NCBI GenBank assembly: GCA_027319905.1
Contig: DAHVMJ010000003.1
Location: 1 to 64,000, forward strand
Direction: 5' to 3'
DNA from: Candidatus Micrarchaeota archaeon
GTDB lineage: Archaea > Micrarchaeota > Micrarchaeia > Micrarchaeales > CABMGC01
Length of the DNA stretch: 64,000 nt
The notes beneath the pieces were generated by a model. That model did no database searches, was not told where the DNA came from, and saw only the letters and a program-made list of their open reading frames with translations. How positions within the stretch are numbered: position 1 is the first letter of the stretch; every line of letters begins with the position of its first letter. This document shows, piece after piece, positions 26,583-35,082 of this stretch. Position numbers and translations under genes: made by a program.

Positions 26583-26960
26583 GACCTGGTTACCTTCAGA
26601 TCGCCAAGCTTCAGCCGTATCTTTCTTCTGATTCAGACCGCACGCGAGGCGAGCGAAGCGAGCACTGTGTAGCCGTAGCTGGCTAGTGTCTGCAGCCTCT
26701 AGCCAGCCAAACCCAAAAACAATAAACATCAGCAACAGCAGCATCAACATCATCTGCATTTGCAGCTTGAGCATCAGCTTGAGCGACTACGAAGCCTCGT
26801 AGCCGAGCAGCAGCGACCTAAGCTAAATACTAGCCGGCGAATGTAACGCTCGGGCACGGGTCGGCCGCTCGTCGGCTCACGGCCTTCAGAATGCGCTCGC
26901 TATCTCAAACCAATCTTTAAATACGCGGAAAGCCATAACGTATTATCAAGGGTGGGAAGA

Positions 26961-26996
26961 AAAAGGAGGCGCTCATCGGAAGCGCCGCCTCCTTTT
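26961..26996 (-). terminator. GC-rich hairpin with T-tracts, downstream of the alpha/beta hydrolase gene
   Basis: AAAAGGAGGCG (26961-26971) / CGCCTCCTTTT (26986-26996) 11-bp inverted repeat. Confidence 0.65.
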
Positions 26997-27001
26997 GAAA
27001 T

Positions 27002-27643
27002 TTAAGCCGCACCTTCCAGTTCCTTTAAAACAATTGAAATGACCTTCTCCTCGTTTGCATCTCTATTGCCTATGCCGGAAACCGGCTTGAAAGAGTGGTC
27101 CGCATTATCTATTGTGTATAGCTTGCATTTCGGCAGACGCTCCTTCAGAATGCTTACGTCGCAGTAAGGATCCTCGCTGCCCTTTATTATCACAAACGAG
27201 GGCTTCATATCTTTGACGCCGTTCAGGTCGAAGACGCTCGAAGGCTTTCCTTCTTCGTGCAGCGAATAACCAAGCGCTACAACTTTTGGTATGCTGTATC
27301 TGCCTCTGGCTGCCTCTAGGGAGGATATGTAGCCCCCGAAGGACTTGCCTACCAGAGCCGTCTTCTTGCTTCCGAGGAAGCCGATGGCGGCCTCCATCTC
27401 CCCCACGCTTCGCTCGGCATCCATGTCTTCTGGTTTACCGGCAAAAGAAAAGTTGAACCTCAGGACATCGTAATCATTGCTAAGCCTGGCGAAGAGTTTC
27501 TCCACTATGCTCGTGTGCATATCGTTGTACATGCCGTGGGAAAGAACTACCCCAAGTCCGTGTCCTCTTTTGGAGTATTCCACCTCCACTTTGCGACCGT
27601 CCACTTCAATAGTTTCATGACCATTTTCAGCCAATTCGCTCAC
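27002..27643 (-). CDS. Alpha/beta-fold hydrolase
   Basis: SHG, GKSFGG nucleophile elbow, EDP and DHSF acid/His. Confidence 0.85.
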   Translation of the reverse strand: MSELAENGHETIEVDGRKVEVEYSKRGHGLGVVLSHGMYNDMHTSIVEKLFARLSNDYDVLRFNFSFAGKPEDMDAERSVGEMEAAIGFLGSKKTALVGKSFGGYISSLEAARGRYSIPKVVALGYSLHEEGKPSSVFDLNGVKDMKPSFVIIKGSEDPYCDVSILKERLPKCKLYTIDNADHSFKPVSGIGNRDANEEKVISIVLKELEGAA

Positions 27644-27668
27644 CAGTCATCATATATCGAACCTTATA

Positions 27669-27845
27669 TTAAGAAATGCTGCGCAGCCACTCCTCCTTTG
27701 TCAGTTTCGTGGGGCTCAAGAACGGATACTTCCTGACTGCGAAGTTGGTAAGCACAGCTATCTCTTCACCAGCCTTCTTGATTGCGCTTGCCGCATCAGG
27801 AACCAGCCCTTCGATTTCGACCTGGAACAAACGCTCGCACGCCAA
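27669..27845 (-). CDS. Small 58-aa ORF or gene remnant
   Basis: TTG..TAA open frame (…EIAVLTNFAVRKYPFLSPTKLTKEEWLRSIS) with host-like codons; absent from the supplied ORF track. Confidence 0.35.
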   Translation of the reverse strand: MACERLFQVEIEGLVPDAASAIKKAGEEIAVLTNFAVRKYPFLSPTKLTKEEWLRSIS

Positions 27846-27862
27846 CCCGCACTCGTTGTTTG

Positions 27863-28071
27863 GCTCTGAAAGGGAGTTGAACTCAAAAGTTTCTCCCTAA
27901 AAGAGATAAAAAGTTATGAGTCCAGCCCCAGGAGTGCATGCCCTAAAAGACTTCGCACCACCAGCGATATCGGGCGATATACGTTCGTCTTGATCGTTAT
28001 AAAAGTTATAAAGTTTACAGCCCAATATACAGGTAGGTACCTTGGTAGTCGGATGACTCGAACCTCAGAAC
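27863..28071 (-). ncRNA. tRNA-like element 2 (209 nt)
   Basis: 5' GTTCTGA pairs with 3' TCAGAGC, preceded by TTCAACT-CCCTT T-arm-like sequence. Confidence 0.4.
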
Positions 28072-28076
28072 AGCAA

Positions 28077-28310
28077 GCTCTGGAAGGGATTCGAACCCCC
28101 TCTTTTACAATTTCCGTCGATAGTAAAATTCCATAATTTTGTTCAGGGTTAGAAGCCCGTGAGAGACAGTGGGGTTTCGTTACGGTCCTCGCAGCTTTTG
28201 TGCGCCCATTGGAGCTGTTAAGAAGCAAACCATTTGCTGTATTTCTGGTAGATTGGTGGTGTTGGTTGTCGGATAAGGGACGGCGCAATGGCCGCTAACC
28301 AATCCAAAGC
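28077..28310 (-). ncRNA. tRNA-like element 1 (234 nt)
   Basis: 5' GCTTTGG pairs with 3' CCAGAGC, preceded by GGGGG-TTCGAAT-CCCTT T-arm. Confidence 0.45.
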
Positions 28311-28394
28311 GTTATATAGGGAGAGAACCCAACAACATTGTAAAATAACTGTGGAAAACCTATTTTTCCTTGTTTTTTTAGTCAGGTGTGAACG

Positions 28395-29648
28395 TTGACA
28401 GATTTTAGTTCAATGAACCTCAAGCCAGAGCTTGTAGAATCGCTGAGAAGGATCGGCTTTGTCACTGCTACGGAGGTTCAGGAGAAGGCCATACCGGAGC
28501 TGATGCGCGGCAAGAACCTAATAGTCAGGGCCAAGACTGGGACAGGCAAGACCGCTGCGTTCATAGTTCCCATTTTCCAGGCGATCGGACGTTCCAGAGA
28601 CCTGGAGGCGCTGATAATAGTGCCGACGCGCGAACTTGCGCTCCAGATCACAAAATTTGCGCAGCAGGTAGGGGCGCCGATGCACATAGGCACGATCCCT
28701 GTCTATGGAGGCGCGTCGATAAATGTGCAGCTCCAGGCGCTGCGGCAGGGGCCGAACGTTGTTGTCGGAACTCCAGGCAGGATAGTGGACCTGATGAACA
28801 GGGGTGCGCTGAGGCTGGACAAGGTCAAGTACCTGGTGCTCGACGAGGCCGACATAATGCTCGACATGGGATTCATCAACGACGTTGAGAAGATAATAAG
28901 AAACGCGCCGCGCACAAGGCAGATGATGCTCTTCTCAGCCACGATATCGAACGACGTCGCCAGGATAGCCGAGAGGCATTCGAACGGGAACGTCAGGATA
29001 AGCATAGGCAGCGAGGAGGAGCCTGTGGTGACCTCGATAAAGCACATGTACGCTGTCGTGCCATTCAGGCTGAAGTTCTCGGGCCTGCTGGCGTACATAA
29101 AAGAGTACTCGCCCAGAAAGGCGATAATATTCGCAAGGATGAAGCACGAGGCAGGGTCTGTGGCGAGGGTCCTGAACAGCCAGGGATACAACACCATACT
29201 GCTGCACGGCGGACTGAGGCAGTCTGCAAGGGAGAGATCGCTCGCCAGCTTCAGGAGCGGTTCCCAGTTCCTGATCGCGACAGACATAGCGTCAAGGGGG
29301 CTTGACATAGCCGACGTCACAGACATAATCAACTTCGGGGCTCCGGAGGAGCCAAGGACATACATTCACAGGGTGGGCAGGTCAGCAAGGATGGGAAAGG
29401 AGGGCAGGGCCATGACCATAGCGTCGCCCGACCAGAAGGTCGCGCTGAAGGACATAGAGTACAGCACCAACATAAGGATGCAGGCGATAGAGCTGAACAC
29501 CGCGCCTTTCGAGACGCTCAAGCTGCCGATAATCGAGAATGGACCGAGGCCTTTCGGCCGCGGCAGGTTCAGGGATGGAAGAAGGGGAAGAAGGGAATCG
29601 GCCCACGACGGATCCGGATTCCCGCCAAGGCGCAGGAGGTTCAGGTAG
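28395..29648 (+). CDS. DEAD-box RNA helicase
   Basis: Q motif, AKTGTGKT, PTRELA, DEAD, SAT, HRVGRSAR; Arg/Gly tail. Confidence 0.95.
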   Translation: MTDFSSMNLKPELVESLRRIGFVTATEVQEKAIPELMRGKNLIVRAKTGTGKTAAFIVPIFQAIGRSRDLEALIIVPTRELALQITKFAQQVGAPMHIGTIPVYGGASINVQLQALRQGPNVVVGTPGRIVDLMNRGALRLDKVKYLVLDEADIMLDMGFINDVEKIIRNAPRTRQMMLFSATISNDVARIAERHSNGNVRISIGSEEEPVVTSIKHMYAVVPFRLKFSGLLAYIKEYSPRKAIIFARMKHEAGSVARVLNSQGYNTILLHGGLRQSARERSLASFRSGSQFLIATDIASRGLDIADVTDIINFGAPEEPRTYIHRVGRSARMGKEGRAMTIASPDQKVALKDIEYSTNIRMQAIELNTAPFETLKLPIIENGPRPFGRGRFRDGRRGRRESAHDGSGFPPRRRRFR

Positions 29649-29664
29649 CCAATTCAAAGCTCAA

Positions 29665-29736
29665 AGCCCCAGGAGGGGATTGAACCCTCGACTTCGAGTT
29701 TACGAAACTCGCACTCTACCACTGAGTTACTGGGGC
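29665..29736 (-). tRNA. tRNA-Thr(CGU), no intron, CCA not encoded
   Basis: GCCCCAG/CTGGGGC acceptor, CGAGT-TTCGTAA-ACTCG anticodon arm, GAGGG-TTCAATC-CCCTC T arm. Confidence 0.95.
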
Positions 29737-29792
29737 GCGCTATCTATAAAAACATAGGAGCAAATAAATACTTGCTCTCAATAGCGATTCTC

Positions 29793-32700
29793 ATGGACGA
29801 CTCCGAGAACGAGGATGAGGAACCAAAGGAAGTTTCCCAGCCTCCCGAAGAAATGGCCACACTCGAAGCCGAAAATGAGGAAACGCAGCCAGCCCAGCAA
29901 GAAACCCCCCCTCCTGCACCACCACCCGGACCCGAAGAGGCGCCAGAAGAGGCCCCGCAGCAGCCCGCACAGCAGGCCGCGCAGCCGGCGCCGGAGCAGG
30001 CTCCACAACCAGCTTCCCAGCCTACGCCCGCTCCCGAACAGCCTCCCCCGAAGAAGCCGCTCTTCGGCCAGGGCATGCCGATGTCCCTGCCGAACATCAA
30101 GATCCCACAACCAAGGATACTGCTGTCAATAATAGCGATAGTCATAATCGCAGCGCTGATACTCACGTTTACCCCAAGTGTCACCACGACCACGACTACC
30201 TCCACGACCACGGTGCAGCAGGTGAATCTTTCCAGGATAAGCGCGTGCGAGCAGATAAGCAAGCCGGGCACCTACTACCTAGAGGGCAGCATAAACGACA
30301 CCTCCACTAGCGGCGCCTGCATAAGCGTCGCGTCGAGCAACGTCCGCATCGTGGGCAACCTGTACACCATAGCGGGCAGCGGTCCCTACAGCGGTCTGCC
30401 CCCGTACTCGTACGGCATAGAGGTGCGGAACGTATCTAATGTGACCGTCACAACCTTCAGGGTGCTCAAATTCTCCTACGACCTGTTCGTCAGCAACTCC
30501 AAGAACGTCAACATAGTTAGCAACAACCTCACCACCTCGACGCTTTCAGCCATGTACCTGCTCAACGTCTCGAACAGCACGGTGCACGAGAACTCCGTCT
30601 CGGACTCGCAGAGCAAGCAGGGAGGCATCTTTCTCGTGAGCGGAAGCGGCAACAGTTTCTTCAACAACTCCGTAGCGAACAACGCCTACTACGGCATAGT
30701 GGTCAACTCTACTGACAACAACTTCACACGCAACACCTTCGGAGGCAATGCCGCCGACATAGCCTGCAACCTCACCTCCGCCGCCCGCTTCTCAAACAAC
30801 TTCAGCAATTCAAAGTGCGCGATCAACGATTATTGCGCATTCGCCTCGTGCAGCACCAACGTCCCCTTCAACATCTCCGCGGTAAAGCTCGCCCCTGGGC
30901 CGGTCAGCACGTGCGGCTCGATATACTCTCCGGGCAACTACGTGCTCTCCCAGAGCATAAGCGCATCCGCGTATCTCAACCTCTCGAATCCGCTATCCCA
31001 GAGCATCCCCTGCATCAAGATACTCGCCCCCAACGTAAATTTCGACTGCAACAACCATGCGATTAACAACTCCGGCTACGGGATATACGTGGGCGCGACG
31101 TCAAATGTTAACGTGTCGAGGTGCGCACTTTCAAAGGACAGCTACGGCATTTTCGTGACAGGCGCGTTCAACCCGCAGATAAGGAATACCAGTGCGCAGG
31201 CCGGCACCTATGGGGTCTACATAAGCAACACCACGGGCGGAAGGCTCTCCAACGTAACGCTCGCCAAGAACAATACCTACGGTCTGTTCGTGGACTCCAC
31301 AAGCGGCCTTCTCCTTGACAGCGTGAGGGCGCAGAGCAACGTGTACGGCGTCTATATCAACAGCGGCGAGAACGACGTTTTCAACGGCGGCGTTACGAGA
31401 AACAACACAAAGGCGGACATCTACTGCAGCCCCGGTACATACAACTCCACCACAGACCTGGCGCAGAGCGTCTCCTGCGGCGTCACGGACTGCAACTGGG
31501 CGTCCGCATCGTGCGCCCAGACCGTGCAGCCCAAGCTTTCCGTGTATCCGATCAACAGCTGCAGGACGATAACCAACCCGGGTAACTACACGCTTACCCA
31601 GAACACGCTCTCCTCAGGCACGTGCTTCGACATACAGTCAAACAACGTCGCATTCAGCTGCGCATCGCACCTGATAGTGGGGCCGTCTCCAAAGAGCGCC
31701 TTCTACATAGCTAGCAGGCGCAACGTAAGCATATCCAACTGCATCATGAGCGGGTTCGGTTCTACCGTCAACGTGACCAACTCCTCGCAGATAGACCTCA
31801 ACGACCTCACGATCAACGACACGAAGAGCGGCGTCGTCTTCTCTAAAGTGTCGAACAGCAGCGTCACCAACCTTAAGGTCACACTCCAGTCATCATTCGC
31901 CTACAACTTCACCGGCGTGAACACAAGCCTGGTGTCGCACGACATCGCCTTCGGAGGACTGGGACAGGGGAGCGGTTTCCTGTTCTCCAACTCTGGAAAG
32001 AACACTGTCTCGTTCAACAACGCCACCTCGAATCCACTGCTTGGCTTCAGCTTTGTCAACTCGCGGGACAACACAGTCTACAACAACAGCGCGTTCTCGA
32101 ACAGGAATTTCGACTACTCTTGCTCCGGCTCCTCCACCGGCCTGTACTCCAACCCCATCTCCATCAACTCCGGCCTGGCGAAGAACCAGTGCGGCTGGAT
32201 GGTGGTCGTGAATCCCCTGGCGCCAAGTTCCTCCGCGTGCTTGGCGCTGTTCTCTCCGTCCCAGGTGGTACTCGGCAGCGACATGCTCTACGCCGCGGGC
32301 AGCACGTGCATCAGCGCATATGTAACCAACACGGTGTCGGCCAACACGACAACGATAGACTGCGCCGGCCACACAGTATACGCCTCTCACGGGGGCACCT
32401 TTGCCTACATCAGCGGCGCCGCGGGAGTAAAGGTGTACAACTGCATACTTCTCAACTTCACCACCGGCGTGCGGAGCACCGGGGCGGGCACTCTCGTGTA
32501 CAACAACACCTTCAACGGCGGGGGTACGGCCGTGCTCTTCAACTCCACCAACTCAGGCAGCGTGTACAAGAACATGGTCTACAACATAAGCAACGGCCTG
32601 CTCTTCTACAACTCCATAAGCCCCAACGTGCACAACAACGTGCTGTTCAACAGCACAGTCGGCATAGGCCTCTATGGCGGCTCTTCGGCAACGGTAGCCA

Positions 32701-32921
32701 ACAACACCGCGACCAGGAGCGGCACCGGCCTGCTCCTCAGCAACAGCACGGGGGCCAGCGTGCAGAACAACACCTTCGTCAACTCAAGTCAGGGTTCGAT
32801 AGTGTGCAGCGGCACAGCCACGAACTCCACCAGCAGGAACATAGACGACGGCGGAAACACATGCCAGAATCCGAGCTCAACGTGCACGTGGATAAGCCTC
32901 TCGAGCTCATGCAGGGCCTAG
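29793..32921 (+). CDS. Large membrane-anchored surface protein with parallel beta-helix (NosD/CASH-like) repeats
   Basis: Acidic Pro/Gln-rich N-terminus, one TM helix, poly-Thr linker, repeated 'C..I..PG.Y.L' and 'NN.YGI.V' units, many N-x-S/T sequons. Confidence 0.8.
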   Translation: MDDSENEDEEPKEVSQPPEEMATLEAENEETQPAQQETPPPAPPPGPEEAPEEAPQQPAQQAAQPAPEQAPQPASQPTPAPEQPPPKKPLFGQGMPMSLPNIKIPQPRILLSIIAIVIIAALILTFTPSVTTTTTTSTTTVQQVNLSRISACEQISKPGTYYLEGSINDTSTSGACISVASSNVRIVGNLYTIAGSGPYSGLPPYSYGIEVRNVSNVTVTTFRVLKFSYDLFVSNSKNVNIVSNNLTTSTLSAMYLLNVSNSTVHENSVSDSQSKQGGIFLVSGSGNSFFNNSVANNAYYGIVVNSTDNNFTRNTFGGNAADIACNLTSAARFSNNFSNSKCAINDYCAFASCSTNVPFNISAVKLAPGPVSTCGSIYSPGNYVLSQSISASAYLNLSNPLSQSIPCIKILAPNVNFDCNNHAINNSGYGIYVGATSNVNVSRCALSKDSYGIFVTGAFNPQIRNTSAQAGTYGVYISNTTGGRLSNVTLAKNNTYGLFVDSTSGLLLDSVRAQSNVYGVYINSGENDVFNGGVTRNNTKADIYCSPGTYNSTTDLAQSVSCGVTDCNWASASCAQTVQPKLSVYPINSCRTITNPGNYTLTQNTLSSGTCFDIQSNNVAFSCASHLIVGPSPKSAFYIASRRNVSISNCIMSGFGSTVNVTNSSQIDLNDLTINDTKSGVVFSKVSNSSVTNLKVTLQSSFAYNFTGVNTSLVSHDIAFGGLGQGSGFLFSNSGKNTVSFNNATSNPLLGFSFVNSRDNTVYNNSAFSNRNFDYSCSGSSTGLYSNPISINSGLAKNQCGWMVVVNPLAPSSSACLALFSPSQVVLGSDMLYAAGSTCISAYVTNTVSANTTTIDCAGHTVYASHGGTFAYISGAAGVKVYNCILLNFTTGVRSTGAGTLVYNNTFNGGGTAVLFNSTNSGSVYKNMVYNISNGLLFYNSISPNVHNNVLFNSTVGIGLYGGSSATVANNTATRSGTGLLLSNSTGASVQNNTFVNSSQGSIVCSGTATNSTSRNIDDGGNTCQNPSSTCTWISLSSSCRA

Positions 32922-33431
32922 CACCGCGAGCTTCTTGTATCCCTTCTCACTCAGCCTGGGCTCTATCTCCTCGTACCTCTTGCCGCACAGCATCCCTCCG
33001 GCGAGGAACTCGTCTTCCGTGACCTCCGCCAGGCAGAAATCAGGGGGCGAGAAGGCGTTCATCGCATCCTCATTCTCGAATTCGAAGTCGATCAGGACCA
33101 GTCCCTCCAGGTCCTCCACATGTATCCCTATCTGGGCATCAAGCCCGTCTTTCTTGTAGAAGTACCTGGTCTTGTGCAGCCTCTTCCCCTCCGTGTGCGA
33201 GAGCGCCTCAAACTCCTCGCTTGTTATCGAAACAGTCTCCTCGTTCATCACGGCAGGGTTCTCGCTTGCAGGCTCCTTCTTGGTGATCTCAAACCTGTCT
33301 CCGTTCTTCCTTATCCTCAGCGTTGGATGTTCTCTGCTCTTCGGCACATAGATGTCTATCACTTCTCTGCTCGCGCATCCGCTAAGGTCAGGTACGTAAC
33401 GCGCCAGAAATGTCCTCTCGAGCTCTTTCAT
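32907..33431 (-). CDS. CYTH-domain (triphosphate tunnel) protein
   Basis: 'ELERTFL', 'LRIR', 'K.RY', 'DFEF' motifs. Confidence 0.75.
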   Translation of the reverse strand: MKELERTFLARYVPDLSGCASREVIDIYVPKSREHPTLRIRKNGDRFEITKKEPASENPAVMNEETVSITSEEFEALSHTEGKRLHKTRYFYKKDGLDAQIGIHVEDLEGLVLIDFEFENEDAMNAFSPPDFCLAEVTEDEFLAGGMLCGKRYEEIEPRLSEKGYKKLAVLGPA

Positions 33432-33479
33432 GCCCCCATTCGTATTCGGCTCTGGGGTTTATATATTTGAAAACAGGAA

Positions 33480-33794
33480 GTGAGTCATATGGTACAGTTA
33501 AGTGTAGCAGACGTAACGAACGCTCTCAAGAACACCGTTGACCCTGAGATAGGCATAAACATAGTCGACCTGGGCCTTTTGTACGACATAAAGATAGACG
33601 CGCAGAACAATGTAGGCCTCAGGCTCACGATGACAAGCCCCATGTGCCCCGTGACGAGCGTGATAATGGCCGATGTGCAGCTCAGGCTTGAGAACCTGCC
33701 TGGAGTGGGGAAGGTGGCGCTGGATCTTGTTTGGGAGCCGGCGTGGAGCCCCGAGATGATAAGCGAGGAGTACAGGGTGGCGATGGGAGCCTAG
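33480..33794 (+). CDS. DUF59/SufT-like metal-sulfur cluster assembly factor
   Basis: 'DPEIGINIVDLGL', 'TSPMCP', 'WEPAW'. Confidence 0.9.
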   Translation: MSHMVQLSVADVTNALKNTVDPEIGINIVDLGLLYDIKIDAQNNVGLRLTMTSPMCPVTSVIMADVQLRLENLPGVGKVALDLVWEPAWSPEMISEEYRVAMGA

Positions 33795-33796
33795 TG

Positions 33797-34441
33797 CTAC
33801 ATCAGCATATCCCAAAATATTCCGAAAAACCTGTCAAACGCGTGGTCTTCCACGCCAATTGCCTCGTCTTTAAGGGCGCTGTATAGAAACTCTTTCGATG
33901 CTTTGCTTCTGATCTCGCCCTTGTCTTTTAGCTTGTCGAAGAAATCGTGGATTCTGGATGTGTTATCAAGGGAATTTCCGTATTCTGAAGTATAGCTGCC
34001 TACGTCGAACTGCAAACTTCCCTCCTTCAGGGCGCCGCTTTCTTCCCACAGCTTAATTTCTTCAGTCGCAACGGTTTCTGATTCAGATACGTGTAGCCCA
34101 TTCATTCCCGCGCGCAACCCGTATTTGCCACGCAGCGATTGCTTTTCTGCCTTTTCTACCATCGTGCTTCCAAGCCCGCTTCTTATCTCATCTGCAGATA
34201 CCGGTGTTTCTATAATAAAGGCAAAGGCATCGTAGCAAGTGATGTATCTGATTATCCAATCAAAGAATGGTTTCTCGCTCAGATGCTTGTAATGTTTCTG
34301 CGCCAGCTCTCTGCTTATCACCAACTTCTTTGAAGCGATGATTTTTGCCTTGGAGATATCCATGAACGATTTCAGCATTTTTGCTCCAGGGCCTCGCCGT
34401 ATGACAAGATCAGGCTTTGCTATTATCAAAAGTTTTCCCAT
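33797..34441 (-). CDS. Divergent nucleoside-diphosphate kinase-like protein with C-terminal extension
   Basis: 'IIAKPD', 'HYKHLSEKPFF', 'SLRGKYG', 'NGLHVSE'; start re-set to ATG 34441. Confidence 0.75.
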   Translation of the reverse strand: MGKLLIIAKPDLVIRRGPGAKMLKSFMDISKAKIIASKKLVISRELAQKHYKHLSEKPFFDWIIRYITCYDAFAFIIETPVSADEIRSGLGSTMVEKAEKQSLRGKYGLRAGMNGLHVSESETVATEEIKLWEESGALKEGSLQFDVGSYTSEYGNSLDNTSRIHDFFDKLKDKGEIRSKASKEFLYSALKDEAIGVEDHAFDRFFGIFWDMLM

Positions 34442-34454
34442 GTTCAGACCCGGT

Positions 34455-34988
34455 CTAGAAGAAATGTTCCTCAAACAGATTTATCTCAGTTTCTACCCTG
34501 ACCGGATCAGAGGCGTGGATGAGATTCCTCACCGTACGCCTTTCCAGGTTTGAGATGAGTATTGAGTCGTCACCCAGGTCTCCACGTATGGTTCCCTTGT
34601 TTGCTTTCACCGGGTCGGTCTTTCCCACCAGCCTCTTGACCTCTTCCTGAACGTTCTCGCCTCTGCCTTCAAGAACAACGGCAATCACATTATCCGAACT
34701 AGAATATTCCCTGTTCCATGCGTTGATTTGTTTGCCGAGCATGTAAGCATCCTGTGTTCCGAAGAGTTCCATTGCCTTGTCAGCTCCTACAGATTCCATC
34801 ATCCGGGTCCCCATACCTGATAGCTGCTCCTCGGAATCCTCGTAAAGAAGCGCCGCAAGCTTGTCGCTGATTCTCCCGCTTTTTATTCTTGATACTACGA
34901 AGCCCTTTTCTTCAAGGCGCGATAGCATCTGGCCAACGAGCCCTCTCCTCAGCCCGTCCTTTTTGATGTAGATGAAACCACGCCCCAA
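34455..34988 (-). CDS. ndk: Nucleoside-diphosphate kinase
   Basis: 'IKKDGLRRGLVG', 'GTIRGD', 'NLIHASD' (catalytic His). Confidence 0.85.
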   Translation of the reverse strand: MGRGFIYIKKDGLRRGLVGQMLSRLEEKGFVVSRIKSGRISDKLAALLYEDSEEQLSGMGTRMMESVGADKAMELFGTQDAYMLGKQINAWNREYSSSDNVIAVVLEGRGENVQEEVKRLVGKTDPVKANKGTIRGDLGDDSILISNLERRTVRNLIHASDPVRVETEINLFEEHFF

Positions 34989-35082
34989 TCCGGCACCTAG
35001 AAAGCACGCACACGTGATTAGTATAACTCAGCCAGAATGTTTTTATGGTTTGATACGTTTAATATTACCGTGACTTCTCGTT

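Noticed and set aside
26365..26774. Signal-peptide-bearing N-terminus of ORF 25794-26774
   Set aside because: The 'MLKLQMQMMLMLLLL' stretch is translated low-complexity DNA, and the next part is the antisense of a plus-strand membrane-protein frame
27863..28310. tmRNA, RNase P RNA or SRP RNA
   Set aside because: No G3-U70 pair (3:70 is U-A in both elements), no recognisable RNase P GAGGAAAGUCC or SRP helix-8 motif; kept only as tRNA-like elements
29665..32921. Integrated element at tRNA-Thr
   Set aside because: No integrase, and no duplicate of this tRNA's 3' end noticed; the tRNA-like ends at 27863/28077 have a different sequence
35022..35031. Second copy of the suf operator (TATAACTCAG) upstream of ndk
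   Set aside because: Only 10 bp match and the palindrome is incomplete; could be chance
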